Assembly (NCBI GenBank): GCA_023213395.1
Contig: CM041465.1
Coordinates: forward strand, 125,929,741-125,993,740
DNA from: Cycas panzhihuaensis
Lineage: Eukaryota > Plantae > Cycadophyta
Direction: 5' to 3'
DNA length: 64,000 nucleotides
The translations under genes were made by a program, and so were the position numbers. Below are positions 1 to 14,900 of the stretch, one piece after another. Every line of letters begins with the position of its first letter. Position 1 is the stretch's first letter. The notes beneath the pieces are model-generated. The model was not told the origin of the DNA, searched no databases, and saw nothing but the letters and a program-made list of their open reading frames with translations.

Positions 1-344
1 ACACCAAAGAGATCATTAAGGGACTGGAGGAAGTCCGTATAAGGCACACTTTGAGAGAAGGCAACAAGCCAACTGATTTCTTAGCAAGTTAGGGAGCAAG
101 GCACCAGGAAGGTCAAGTGTGGAGAGGTGAGTTCCCTAGGGATCTTATGGTTATGGTAGAAAAGGATATGATCAGTAATAGCTAGCCGCGGGGCTTGTCC
201 CGACATTTAGCTCTCTGGCCTAGACCGCGGGGATGTCACGGTCATATATATATTGGTTAGCACAGCGTCTTCAGATATAATAGGTTGTGGGATCCTGTTC
301 AAACCCACTATAAATTTATTTTATCTTACCAAAAAAAAAAAAAA
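1..344 (+). mobile_element. L1-clade LINE, 3' end (RNase H C-terminus, 3' UTR, poly-A)
   Basis: Frame 3 reads ...EEVRIRHTLREGNKPTDFLA*, the HxxREGNxxADxLA RNase H motif of plant L1 ORF2. Poly-A at 331-344. The 3' UTR resembles that of the L1 ending at 53360. Confidence 0.85.
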
Positions 345-1341
345 CTCACAACATAAGATTCAAAAGAATAGAATATGCATAAATTCCTATAAAATATATA
401 AGAAGCATTATAGAAATTGATGGTTAAATTAGAAGGTCTAGAGGAAAAAGAAAAGGATTAGGAAGTAAAGAGAGAGAAAACCAATTGTACGATTGAAGAA
501 TAATCCAATAAGGAGACTATTTATGAATAACATAATGTAAAGTTTGCATGGTAAACTAAGACCCACTAGCTAGCTACATGTTGAAGAATCTGAGAGACAA
601 AACATCTCCAAAAATATACTTGTAAATTCTAATCTTGCTCTATGCTAATCATATCTTTTGGTAATTTTCATATTTGTGTTAAGTTTCCAAGTTTTGTAGC
701 CTTGGAAAACCTCTCACATCATGTTCAATAAGATCCCAGAACTAATATAAAGGTTGAAGCCCTCAAATCCCGTCTCCTAATATAAGAAATTTTTGTTTGA
801 CGTCTTCACCCCATCTTATTCTTTAGGAAGAAATTATCTCATTATAATGATGTTTATTAGTTTTATCTCTTCTTATCTCTTACTTCTATGGGTATAAATG
901 TCTTTTATAATGCTATTATTTTTTTACTCTCTATTTACTTAATTATATTTCAAATAATATTCTTATTTCACATTGTTCTTTTCCTCTCTTCCTATGCATT
1001 GTATTATGTCCCTCTCATAAACCCTTTCTCATAAAGAACATTTAGCCCTTACCACCTATTCATCACTTATAAACCCCTATATATCACCTACAAACTAGGC
1101 ATTTCATAGACTTGCTTATCAATCAAATTTCATTTACTTGTCATTATCTATACCATTATCCTCCTCCCTTATTTTATCCTTACCCATCCTCCATTAATCC
1201 GTTGTAAGGTATGTATGTATGTATGTGTATTAAGGGAGAGGGGTGTGTACAGATTATTTTTATATTTATTAGTTCACAACATAAGATTCAAGGAAAAAAT
1301 GTAATCATACAGACTTTAAGCAACTTATTAATATTAGATTA

Positions 1342-1665
1342 TGTTAGAAAATACAATTGAAGCAAAGAAGGTCTACAGGATCTTTCACATTAGGCAGATA
1401 TCAAGCAGAGACAGATCTCACGAGATACCAGATTGTCGTGGGAAACCCTTATAGGTGAAAACCCACAAATGAAAAATAATCACATTATGACAAACTGATG
1501 TATTACAAAAGTAGACTTTGATCTATATTTATAGATCTAAAGTACCAAATATAATTACAATTACATCAACTATTTCACTACACTCGAAAATATACCTCCA
1601 CATAATTAGACATAAAAATAGGGAGGCCCACTTTACATTAGGTGGTATGGTCACATTTTCTAACA
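1342..1665 (-). repeat. 3' LTR of copia 1342-5641
   Basis: TGTTAGAAAA...TTTTCTAACA, a direct repeat of 5316-5641, adjacent to the PPT. Confidence 0.9.
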
Positions 1666-4600
1666 TCCCCTCTTAATATAAATGTGAGGCAATAAGGTTT
1701 ATCATTGGGAATAGATCCCCTCTCCAGGATAACCTTACCAAACCTAATATGCACAAACATCGATGTAGTGATATTTAGCTTGAGCTTGGTGAATACGTCC
1801 ACAAGTTGATCTCAACTTGGACAATCTTCAACCTGCATCTTCTCTGATTTGAACATAATGGTTCCATGCCTCGTATGTGCTTGATTCTTTAGAAATACTC
1901 TAATAGACCTATAACCATACAACTCTCTCTACACCTGACACTTTGTCCATTCAACTCAGCCATATTCCTCTAACTAAACCAAGAGGTTGAGCCACTTGAG
2001 CCATATGAATCACCTCTTCAAGTCTTCGTTAAGGAACACTGATATGATGTGATATGATACCCAACTATCTGAAGCTGCTAAGTAAGGATCAAACGAACCA
2101 CTAAACAATGAGACTAATGCAAATGTCTCATCATACCTTAATCCTTCTTCTTGTTAGAAATCACCTTATAACAAGTCTTCAAACTTTCAAATCAACAAGG
2201 TTCTTTGCTTCAATACAACTCTCCATTGCGATTCAATACTCACTAGAACATTGGTATCTATCTTAAGCTTTAACTGGCATGTTGATCCTTGATCTTCCAT
2301 CATCCTGTAGGTATTTAACTATTAATAGAATATGGGATTGCAATCCATGTCTCATCATCTAATAACTCCTCATCATCAATTTGTTATTAGATCCTGCTTT
2401 TGTCTCAAGTATAATGTTAGGCAAACAAACCTCCACACATGCTTAATAGTGTCACAGAAACGTGAAGTAATGAAGGATAAAAACCTGTAACTAAATAACA
2501 CTCAGCATTATACATTAACAAATCTTCTACTAAACATCTAGACTGATCATAATGCATTTCCCCTATAGATCACACTATTTATAAGCTAAATAATCCATAG
2601 GCTTCAAACTCTTATTATCTTGCTGTTACAATCTTCGTCTAAGATGTGTTCACTCTAATGCACTAAAGAAAACAAATGGAAGGATTTTGACTTGGTCCAA
2701 ACACATAATATGAGGGGAAAATATGCCATGAACAGTCATAAAAAGGGTACCCATACCTATCCACTACAGCTTCTGCCATCAAACCATAGGAGGCAAACAT
2801 TAACCTACACCAACCTCACCATCTGCATCATGATACACATCTGCAATGCAACCTTACAGGACAATTGTATATACCATAATAAAGATAAAACTGATTTTAA
2901 GGCATCTCGTCTTAAACCTTTCTATTCAAACTTAAATTATATCAAGCACTATGTCTGGTTCCACATCAGGCTTGTTCAGATATGCACCCATGTTGAACCA
3001 GCATTAAACCAGGCCACAAACCTCATGTTATCATTAGTCCAACTATCAAAGTATGATGGTCCATCATAAATGACAACCACTCATATAAGCAAATTATGAA
3101 CTTCATGACCTCATATACATCTAATGCAACAGAACTTGAATGTAAACTGAATAATAACACACTTATTTCATTGAATAAACCATACATATTTCACTAATAA
3201 TCACATAATCGTGCACTGATCTATGCCACACTCAAACAATAACAGAGCTTGTATTAAATTGTAGTTAAGGTATCTTAGGTAAACTCGCCCATTCTTTCCC
3301 TCATACTCACCCTCAAAGTGGCTCTCAACTTGCCCATCAAACTTGCCCTTAAACTTGCCTAATCTTGTCATGTAATCTCACATGTAACAAGGGTATATCA
3401 TAGCTTCATCTCTCCCTTCTTTACCCATAAAAGAAGCATGCTTCAATGCACTCTCTTCAACACAAATCATCAGCATCAACTTGCCATAATAGTGTCTTAA
3501 TGACTCTCTCATACAATCACATGCAAGAGAGTCTAAGCTTGCCTCGTCTCTCATGAAATCACATGTTTGAGATTCTCACTTTGCCATTTAAAACACATTT
3601 CAATGTCCCCATATGCACGCCTTTGAAACTCTAAGATACGCCGTTCACTTTCTTACTAAAGATATAACAAAAAGAATATATGTCCATTTATGCACAATAT
3701 ATAAAAAGAAGGTGATTTACTATATCAAAAGATCAAATATTAAATCAACCTTGATATCTCAATGGACTACCAATATTCCTTTTAAAATATATCAAAGTAA
3801 CTTTAGAAGATGGCAATTATTATCCATAAATAAAAAAGGATGCCTTTATATATTAAATCAACGTGATTTAATATGATCTATTTTGGGAAACTTTATATGA
3901 AATATAGCCAAGCATCAAAGTATGTATATATATATATATATTATCCACAGGTGATAAAAAAGATGATGGTGCAGTTATAAAAACAACGACGTCCATGGCG
4001 AGATACTCATAATGCAGTCGATCCCGAGCGATATCAAAAATAGCGGCTCGATATGGTTATCGCACAATTATGACTATTCACGGCTAAAGACGGGTAACTC
4101 AATATTGATAAATGGTAGCTCCATCATGGGCAAAGGGCAAACTACATATATTATCAAATGCCATATAGCATTTGGCTGATTGAAATATTCACAGTTATGA
4201 AAACCTCATGTGAATAAATGTTATCAATATGGTGAATATATTTTTAATGATCTGCACATATACATGTCATAAGGTAGCCTTCATTAACCAACTGATGCTC
4301 AAATACATACGTGAGGGCATAAAATATATTAATGGTGGTTCAAAAATTCATTATGCTAGTCAATATATCGAACAACGAATATGTAATATGAGCAAACTAA
4401 TAAAAATAATAGTCAGGTGAATCAAATGACAACCTTTATCACGCGATCTGCAAATATCCCAAAGGTACAATCTCCATACATAGGGTGATATACACATCAT
4501 GGGTGATATTATACAGATGGCGGCATACGCATCATGCATAGTCGAGGCATACGCAAGTTAGGCGATACTAAACCGTGACTTCAAAAAATCAAACACAAGA

Positions 4601-5315
4601 TTAATATATCTTTTAGATGTTTGATAGAGTACGAATGATATTGCACAACTAGGGCAATTTCATCATGCAAACGATGGGTAATCAAGATAATTACTGTAGA
4701 TAGCTAGCAGCTATAAATCTACAGCGAAATATATATATACGTAGACCATAATAAAGGGCAAGCAATCTCATCAAATACGATAGGGATCACAAACATATCA
4801 TATGCGACATAAAATATTATAATTCTATAATCACTGATATATAAATAGGCAGAAAAAGTATATATATTTAAACCCTAAACATCAATGGGTGATTAATATA
4901 TTGATCATACCTTAAAAGTATTGACCATAATATTATTTCACAACTTTGTAATAGCCTATTAAGGTTCCTGCACTCTTCCACCAACAACAAAGGGTCGACA
5001 ATCAACTATAGGGCATCCAAACTTAGTGGCATTATTAAACAAGAATCTAGCACCTTTAGCAAGCTCATACGAGATTCATATGGCTGGCAACAGAGTCAAA
5101 ACTCATCCACACACCTCCATATAGCTTAGAGTACCTGTAAATAATGGATAAAAGGCTCTCATGATCCACCAACGATCACCTGCACCACTATGGCTATTTT
5201 GCAAGGTTATCAAGCACGCCAATCTACTAAGGGCAAGCCAACATGACCTGGCACCATCGATTAGACCTTTAACAATGTTCATCTACCTATGCACAACCTA
5301 CATGCTTTGATACCA

Positions 5316-5641
5316 TGTTAGAAAACGTAATTGAATCAAATAAGATCAACAAGATCTTTCACATCAGGCAGATATCAAGCAGAGATAGATCTCATGGGAC
5401 ACCAGATTATTATGGGAAACCCTTACAGGTGAAAACCCACAAATTAATAATAATCACACTATGACAAACTGATGTATTACAAAAGTAGACTTTGATCTAT
5501 ATTTATAAGGATCTAAGGTGCCAAATATAATTACAATTACATCCACCGTTTCACTACACTCAAGAATATGCCTCCACATAATTAGGCATAAAAATAGAGA
5601 GGCCCACTTTATATTAGGTGGTATGGTCATATTTTCTAATA
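5316..5641 (-). repeat. 5' LTR of copia 1342-5641
   Basis: Direct repeat of 1342-1665, adjacent to the Met-i PBS. Confidence 0.9.
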
Positions 5642-6084
5642 AATTATAATAAAAAACTATATAAATAAGTCACTATAATATATGTACAGAACAAAAAGTT
5701 ACTATAAAAAATTTTAGGCATCTTACTTTTAGTTATGGCTATGTAGTAATATATCAATACATAGACTTCATATAATAATTGAGATAAGTTATTATAATGT
5801 TTATTTTTTGTTCATAATGACATGGCACCTCATCATCTCTATTTCAAACCCAATCTTAAACATCCATTTCTCTTACCTTCACACTTCTCCTACCCTTCAT
5901 CCACCATGCCTTCATAATGCCTCTTAGTCTAACATTTAATACATATTATTTGCATTTAAAATCACATTTAACCTAATCCCCCATGTATTTCTCTCATACA
6001 AACATCCTCCTTTATCTTCTCCATAATCTAGATTTTACCCCTTACATGTCATCTTATATATTTCATGTTCATCATGTGTCTCTA

Positions 6085-9000
6085 TCATGAGGACAGCATG
6101 CAAGGAAAAGATTCTATCTTACATGCACCAACCTAAAAACAAGAAAGAGTGAAAGAAAAAGTCCAAAGAATAGAGAGAGTTGTTTTACTTCGAATTCTAT
6201 TCTATTCCATTCAAATCTACCAAAAGATAGTTTAAAATTACATTCATATAAATAAAAGTAAAAAGTATAAAAACTTCTAACCCTAACCCTAAAAACTCTT
6301 CAATTATATAAAATACTATATAATTCCATGTTTCTAAGTTAATTCCTACTAGAAGACACTAGACCACTAAGAGTCATTACATAAAAGTGAAAACTAGTAT
6401 AAAATTAATTATTATTTTCAAATATACAAAATAAATATTAATTTTTAGGTATTTTCAAAGCATTTTTTGGGTAGGCAAACTTTGGGCCTATGATGGGCCT
6501 TTCGCTCATCTTAGGCTATTTTCACTTTTTCTTCTCGAATAGACCTTCGATTTGGTGCTAGAAGGAGTGAATTTTGACTACCGAGTCAAAAGTTACGCTT
6601 AAATTAATAGACCCTAAAATTTAGAGTAAAATAACTTAAAAGTAAAAACTAAATGGAGTTATGATAAAGGTCTAGATGCTCCTATATCATTCTCCCTAGG
6701 TTGAAAAGTATTCTTTCCCTACAAATTATTATGATAAATTTCTTTCCATTTGTCAAGATTCAACAGCTTTAGTTCTTCTTCGATTATACAGGTGTTATAT
6801 GCTTATGGTAGACCTTTTCATTATCTTCATATCTAATATCTTCTCAATTTCTTCTTGCTTCTTCCTTGGTATTGGGGGCTCCCAACTTGCCACTTTACTT
6901 TTATAATCTACCTCTTCATCTCCTTCATGATATGCATATAGATCTAAAACATTAAAAATATGAGAGATTTCAAAGTGTTCAAGAAGATCAACCTTGTATG
7001 CATTGTCATTAATCCTTTTTATAATCGAAAATAGCCCAACCTTTTTATATTTGAGCTTGTTATAGGTCCCTTGGGGGAATATATCTTTCCTTAAATAAAC
7101 CATTACTAAGTCACCTTCTTTAAATACCTTATATTTATGGGTTCTATCTACTACTTCCTTGTACTTTTTATTGGTGTTTTATAACTTTTTCCTTACCTCC
7201 TCATGAAACCATTGCATACTCTCTGTGTAAGCTTCTACATCGTTACTCACATTTCCCCTAATGGGTAGATGTACTAAGTCTAGCACACCCTTAGGATTTT
7301 TTCCATACATAACTTTAGAAGGTAACTTACTTATCGACCTATTTACAGAAATGTTATATACAAATTTTGCCCAAGCTAATGCTAAATCCTATTATTTGGG
7401 CTTCTCCCCAATAATGCACCTTAGAAAGTTTACTAAACTTTTGTTTACCACTTCAGTCAGCCCATCAGTCTGTGGGTGGTAGGCATTACTAAACTGAAGT
7501 GTTATTTCCAACTTCTTCCATAGAGTCTTTAAGAAATAGCTCAAGAACTTTATGTCTTGATCTAAAGTGATAGTCTTAGGAATGCCATGTAGCCTTGCAA
7601 CCTCTTTAAAAAATAAATCTGTTGTTCTAACAGCATCATTTGTATTCTTGCATGCAATAAAATAAACTATTTTTTAAAAGCGAACAATGATATAAATATT
7701 AAATCACTACCTCTTTGTGTATGTGGTAATCCCAATACAAAGTCTATGCTTAATTCTATCCATGGTCCTTCAATTATTGATAAGGGCATATAGAAGTCAA
7801 TATTTTGTGCATGTCCCTTATCCATTTGGTATATCCTACAACATACCACAAATCTTGCCACATCACCCTTTACTCGAGGCCAAATATATTTTTCTTCTAC
7901 TAAAGCTATGGTGTTATTTTGGCCAAAATTCCCTCCAATACCTCTACTATGCAAATCTCGTGTGATGTTCTCTCTCATGGAGCCCACTAGGATGCACAAT
8001 TGTCAATTCTTAAATAAGTAGCCATCCTGCACAACGTAATCATCATAGGAAGAACTACCTCTATTAATTAAAGGATTCTTACAGTGCTTAGAAATTATTC
8101 CAAAGTTAGGGTCTGAGTCATACAAATCCTTAATAGCTTCAAACACTATCACCTCATTTATCGTGGTGGTGAATAATACCACTCGCTTACTCAATGGATC
8201 AACAACACGATTCTATTCTCTTGATTCATTCTTAAAATAATTGTAAAGCTTTAGAGATAAGATACCAACTTAACATGTCTAGCATTTAATTTCCTTTTCG
8301 TATTTACATACCTCAAGGCTTAGTGATCAGTGAATAGGATAAATTCCTTAGCTATGAGTCAATGCCTCTAATGCCTCAAAGATTAGACAATTGTATAAAA
8401 TTCTAAGTCATAGGTTGAATACCTTCTTCTTTCCTCATTAAGCTTCTCACTATAAAATTCTATAGGTTCTTCTTCTTGACTAAGCACTGCTTCAATTATA
8501 ATATGTGAAGCACCACAATCAACCTCAAATACATTTTGAAAATTTAATAGTGAGGACTGGTGCCCTAGCTACCTATTTCTTTAAGAGTTGAAAGCTATTC
8601 TCTGCTTCCTTAGTCCATGTCAACTCCTTACCCTTCATACAGTCTATTAATGGTGCAACAATCCCACTAAAGTTTCTAATAAATTTTCTATAAAACTGAG
8701 CCAAACCATGAAAACTCCTTACCTCTTTCATAGTCTTAGGTGTTGTCTAATCAATAATTGCCCTAATTTTCTCCTCATCCATTTGCAATCCCTCTTCAGA
8801 AATCAAAAAGCCTAGAAACACTAGGCTCCCTTACATAAACTTACACTTCTTTATATTTTCATATAACTTCTCTCTCCTTAAAACTTCAAGCACGAACCTA
8901 AAGTGCATTATGTGTTTTTCCTTAGTCTTACTAAAAATAAGAATGTCATCAAAATACACAACTATAAATTTACTATTAAATGGTTACAACACAATGTTCA

Positions 9001-9340
9001 TCAATATCATGAACATGCTTGGGGCATTTAATATTCTGAATGGTATGACTAGCCATCTATATAATTTGTCCCTCATCTTAAAAGTTGTCTTCCACTCATC
9101 CCCTTCACAAATTTGAATTTGATGATGCATGGTTTTAAGGTTAATCTTCGTAAAGTAGGAAGCACTTGTTAATACATGTAGCATATCATCCATACGAGGT
9201 ATAAGAAATCAATATTTAATTATTATCTTTGTTGTTCACTCTTAAATCAACACACATTTGCCATGGGTCATCTTTCTTTAGAGTTACCAATGCTGGAACT
9301 GCACAAGGACTCAAGCTTTCTCTGTTAATTCCCTTCTAAT
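6085..9340 (-). mobile_element. CRM-like Ty3/gypsy element, 3' half (RT, RNase H, integrase, 3' LTR 6085-6689)
   Basis: Minus-strand fragments: [13 protein letters not shown] (RT start), HHQIQICEGDEWKTTFK, GPWIELSIDFVLGLP (integrase), and VYLRKDIFP...IIKRINDNAYKVDL (CRM-type GPY/F region). PPT rc at 6690-6700. The LTR matches 26456-27063 directly and 9753-10298 inverted. Confidence 0.85.
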
Positions 9341-9752
9341 CTGTCTCTATGTGTGTGTATTTGTTTGTATATGTATATATATGTATACATACACATACAC
9401 ACAAAGTAACCCATACCTACTATTTTCTTATTTGTCATAGTACACTATTAAGGGTGGATTTTGTATGGGACACTACATTTGAATGATACTCAAATGTATA
9501 TGTTTTGAATTCAACTTGCTTGAGGCATTTTATCATATTTGCATATTGTGTCCATTTAAAGTTATCATTGAAAAGGGGTTGAGGGAATGTAGAGGAAGGA
9601 TGTAGAGTATAGAAATTAACATACACAATTTAGAGAATAATTAGTTAGATAGTTATGTTAGTGAGGTAACTTTGATTGAGGGTTGAACCATGAATGACAT
9701 AAAAGGTTTATGGAAAGCTAATGGGAGATATGGCCCGGAAAAGAACATAGAT

Positions 9753-12700
9753 TGATGTGGGAGCATCTAGACTTTCATTATTACTCTATCTATTTTTTAT
9801 TTTTTTAGTTATTTCACTCCAAATTTTGGAGTCTATTGATTGAAACATAAATTTTGAATTGATGGTTAGAATTCAGTTAGTCCATCACCAAATCAAAGGT
9901 CTATTTAAGAAGAATGGATAAAATTAGTTTAAGATAGGGCTAAGGGCCTATCATATGACCAAAATTTGCCTACCAAAAAAATGCTCTGAAAATACCTAAA
10001 AATTAAGATTTAGTTAATGTGTCTAAAAATAGTAGTTAATTTTAAACTAGTTTTCACTTTTATATGATGACCCTTAGTGGTCTAGCTTTTCTTAGTAGGA
10101 ATTAACTTAGAAACATGGAACTATATAGTATTTTACATAATTAAGGAATTTTTAGGGTTAGGGTTAGAAGTTTTTAGACTTCTCATTTTTACTCATATCA
10201 ATATAATTTAGGATTATCTTTTGGTAGATTTGAATATAATTTAATTTTATATTGATACATGTGAGATAGAATCTTTTCCTTGTAGGTTGCCCTCATCATC
10301 TAGTATCATAGCATGGTTTAGGTCTAGGGTTAAAGAAAGAAACCATAAAAGTTTGAGGTATTGTAGTGGATAGTTATTGAAGAGACTACATAAGTTGTAG
10401 AGTATTCTTATTGAAAGGGTAAAGAATTACTCATTGGGGCTTATGAGCCTTGCAGAAAGCTTATAAGAGAAGCTTTCTGACCCAAAGTGGTTAGGTAAAG
10501 AGAAGAGCAGCTAAAAATGCCATGAAGAGGAGGAAGAGTAAACTATAAAATGAATAAAAACTTGTAGGAGTTACAAAAGAGATGATAGTATAGGATTCGA
10601 AGAGGATGATCCACAAGAATCACATACAATGGAAGAAATATTCTTAAAATCACTTGAAAATAAGAGTGATAGAATCAAGATTGACATTCCAGACTACTAT
10701 GGGAGTTTAAAATTAGAGGAGTTAGTAGATTGCCTAAATACCGTGGAAAAGTTCTTTAAATGGAAGAGAATGACTGAAGAAAAGATGGTAAAGTTTACAT
10801 GCACAAAGTTAAAAGGACATGTAACTATTTAGAAGGATTACTTGCAAAAGGAGAGGGTAAATAAAGGAAAGGAAAAGATCATAATATGGACCAAAATGGT
10901 CAAGAGGTTGAAAGAGAAGTTTCTACCAAGTGACTATTCTCAAATCCTCTTTTGAAAGTTCCATAACTTAAAGCAAAAAGAAATGATAGTATAGGACTAT
11001 ACAGATGAGTTCTATAGCTTTCCATTTATGTGGAGCATAAGGAAATTTATGAGCAAGTTGTTGGAAAATATGTAAATAGTTTAACATTTTCAATTCAAGA
11101 TGAACTTAGCATGCATAGAGTTAAAAGCATCGAAGATGCATACTAATTAATATTGAGGTAGAAGGGAAGCAAAATAGACATACTAATCAAAGGTGTACTA
11201 TTATAAGAAGAGGTTCATCAGCTTTGTATAGAAGTAGAGGAGGAATTCCCTATGTGAGAGGAGAATCATCTAATAGGATGGAAAGACAAGAAGTCAAGAG
11301 GCAGGATGAAATGTAAGGATGGCGAGGAGTTGAGAACCAACTCAAGGAAAGAGGATTTCTATAAGCCCAATGAGGCAAAGGTTTTGGTGGTGGGAGAGGA
11401 TGGAGGAGAGATTTTGTTTGTTTTAGATGTGGGGAAGAACATAGGGCATTTAAATGTCCTCATCACCATGAGGAATAAACCAGAAGGAAAAAGTTAAAAT
11501 TAAGTTGTGAGGCACATCCACATCCATGTCGTATTTCTTGGTTCAAGAAAGGAAATGAGGTGACTATTGACAAAAGCTGCTTAGTTAAATTTAGAATTGG
11601 GAAATCATATCAAGATGAAATATGGTGTGACGTGATCCTAATGGATGCATGCCATTTATTATTAAGGAGACGGTAGTAGTACGATAGGAATGCCTTTTAT
11701 GATGGTAGGAATAATGCTTAAACATTCTGAAAGAATGGTGTCGATGTGAAGTTATTATCACCTAAGGAAGGAGGGCATGTAGAAGCATGTTGACTGCTAA
11801 AGAATTTATGAAACATGTGTGAAATATGGTAAGATAAATAAAGGAGGATAGCACAGAGATATTGAGTAAGGTAGTAGGGTTATTGGAGGAGTACAATGAT
11901 ATTATGCGAGATGAGTTACCTGATGGATTATCACCAATGAGAGACATTCAACACCAAATCGACCTAATCCTAGCATCAAACTTACTAAACCAAGTAGCTT
12001 ATGAGTTAAGCCTAATGGAGAATGAAGAGTTAAATCGATAAGTCAATGAATTGGTGCAGAAGGGAATGGTCAGAGAAAGCTTGAGTCCCTGTGCAGTTCT
12101 AGCATTGGTAACTCCAAAGAAAGATGGCTCATGGCAAATGTGTGTTGATTCTAGAGCGAACAATTAAATATTAGTTTCTTATACCTTTTATGGATGATAT
12201 GCTAGATGTATTAGTAGGTGCTTCCTACTTTACAAAGATTGACCTCAAGAGCAGGTATCATTATATTTGAATTCGTAAAGGGGATAAGTGGAAGACAACC
12301 TTCAAGATGAGGTACAAATTGTATGAATGGATAGTCATACCATTCAGAATATTAAATGCCCTAAGCATGTTCATGAGATTGATGAACACTATGTTATAAC
12401 CATTCATTAGTAAATTTGTAGTTATGTATTTTAATAACATTCTTATTTTTAGTAAGACTAAGGAGGAGCACTTAATGCACTTAAGGATGGTGCTTGAAGT
12501 GTTAAGGAGAGAGAAGTTATATGCAAATATAAAGAAGTGTAAGTTTATGTAAGAGAGCCTAGTGTTTCTAGGCTTTGTGATCCAACAAGAGGGATTCCAT
12601 ATGGATGAGGAGAAGATTAGGGCAATTACTGATTTGTCAACACTTATGATTATGATAGAGGTAAGAAGTTCTCACAGTTTGGCTCAGTTTTATAGAAAGT

Positions 12701-12939
12701 TTATTAGAAACTTTAATGGGATTGTTGCACCATTAATAGACTGTATGAAGGGTAAGGAGTTGATATAGGCTAGGGAAGAAGAGAATAGCTTCCAACTCTT
12801 AAAGAAAAAGGTAGTTGGGGCACCAATTCTCACACTACAAAATTTTGAAAAAAGTATTTGAGGTCTATTGTGGTGCTTCATATATTTTAATTGGAGCAGT
12901 GCTTAGACAAGAAGAAAGACCTATAGCATTTTATAGTGA
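9753..12939 (+). mobile_element. CRM-like Ty3/gypsy element, inverted duplicate (5' LTR 9753-10298, PBS, gag, protease, RT, start of RNase H), 3'-truncated
   Basis: LTR TGATG...CATCA, then degenerate Met-i PBS TAGTATCATAGC at 10301. Gag reads IKIDIPDYYG...EKFFKW. Protease region reads WCDVILMDACHLLL. RT/RNase H reads FYRKFIRNF...[16 protein letters not shown]. Many stops. Confidence 0.88.
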
Positions 12940-13825
<886 letters not shown>

Positions 13826-13889
13826 ATTTTTAGGTATTTTTAGAGTATAGGAAAATTTTGGCCCTATGATTGGCCTTTAGCCCTATCTT

Positions 13890-14762
13890 AAATAAGTCAC
13901 TACAAAGTACATGCATAAGAAAAGGCTACTATAAAAAAATTAGGTGTCTTGCTTTTATTTATAAACAGGTAATAATATATCATAGGGTTTGTATAATAAC
14001 TAAGATAAGTTATTATAATGCTTATGTTTTGTTTATAAGGACATGACATTATTGCATTATCTATCAATAATCATCCAAAAGGAAATAAGGAAATGGCATT
14101 GGTCCATTGGCTTTCAACAATCATCTAAAAAAACCTCTATACAATCTTTTAGAGCCATTTGGACATAAACCCTGTGTCAAGCATCTTTAGGCCATTATTA
14201 AGTGACTTGGATCATAAGCATTAGAGGTGTAATATTATTTAGCTTTTAACAATAATCTAAGAAAACTTTCATAGTGTCTTTTAGAACCATTTTGACATAA
14301 ACTCAATGTCAAGTGTCTTTGGCCTTTCTTGGATAATTGTTATGATGATTTTTTTCATTAAGATTGATTGTTTTAGTAAAGAACAAAGGATTCTCATATT
14401 TAATTATAAATTAAAGGTCATTTTTGAATAAATAAATTACAATAGTTCTTCAATACATTTTTACTCATTTAAACTCATGACGATCAATTAATAATATGAA
14501 ATTTTGTTAATCATGAGAATTTGACAATAGAATGAGATTTCTCATCTCTAATTATTATAAAATAGAGAAAGGATATAAAAATAAACTCTTAAATTTCATT
14601 CTACAATGATGAAAATTTAACAACTTTAATATAAATATACAACATAAATTAACAGAATAGTAATGAATTTACCTTTATAAAGAGTGAATGAATTAGATTT
14701 TATAACCATCTTAGGAGTATATAATATTCAATTACCAAAGAAAATTTATAGATAGTAATAAT
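13890..14762. repeat. Paralogous MKK downstream flank (also at ~27775-28640, ~38090-38342, and partially ~1240-1341 + 5647-5825)
   Basis: Direct, co-linear sequence similarity among the copies, e.g. AAATAAGTCACT...AAAAGGCTACTATAAAAAA and ATCTCTAATTATTATAAAATA...GAATGAATTAGATT. Confidence 0.85.
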
Positions 14763-14900
14763 TCATTTATGAGAAAATTGTTGGGATTATTTAAGAAAAG
14801 GGTGGATAAGGAGCCGAGTACCCATCCATCTCCTCCTTGGGTCCTTCTACAAACAACAATAGATAAAACTATGGAAATCTGGGGGTGAAGAGGGGGGATC
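14763..14900 (-). pseudogene. Group D MAPKK (MKK7/9-like) 3' fragment, fused to the peroxidase pseudogene
   Basis: Minus strand reads DPPSSPPDFHSFIYCCL*KDPRRRWMGTRLLIHPFLK*SQQFSHK*. Co-linear with the copies at 28641 and 38343. Confidence 0.85.

Larger units (their letters stand above)
1342..5641 (-). mobile_element. Degenerate Ty1/copia LTR retrotransposon (~4.3 kb, internally deleted)
   Basis: LTRs at 1342-1665 and 5316-5641. Met-i PBS (rc TGGTATCAAAGC) at 5304-5315. PPT (rc TAAGAGGGGA) at 1666-1675. TSD GATTA/AATTA. Minus-strand remnants DQLVDVFTK (~1800, RNase H) and QEEGLRYDETFA (~2140, RT). Confidence 0.9.

Noticed and set aside
10151-10168. TTTAGGGTTAGGGTTAG telomere-like tract (also rc at ~6278 and ~26650)
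   Set aside because: Only 2-3 units and part of the CRM LTR in every copy. Not an interstitial telomere.
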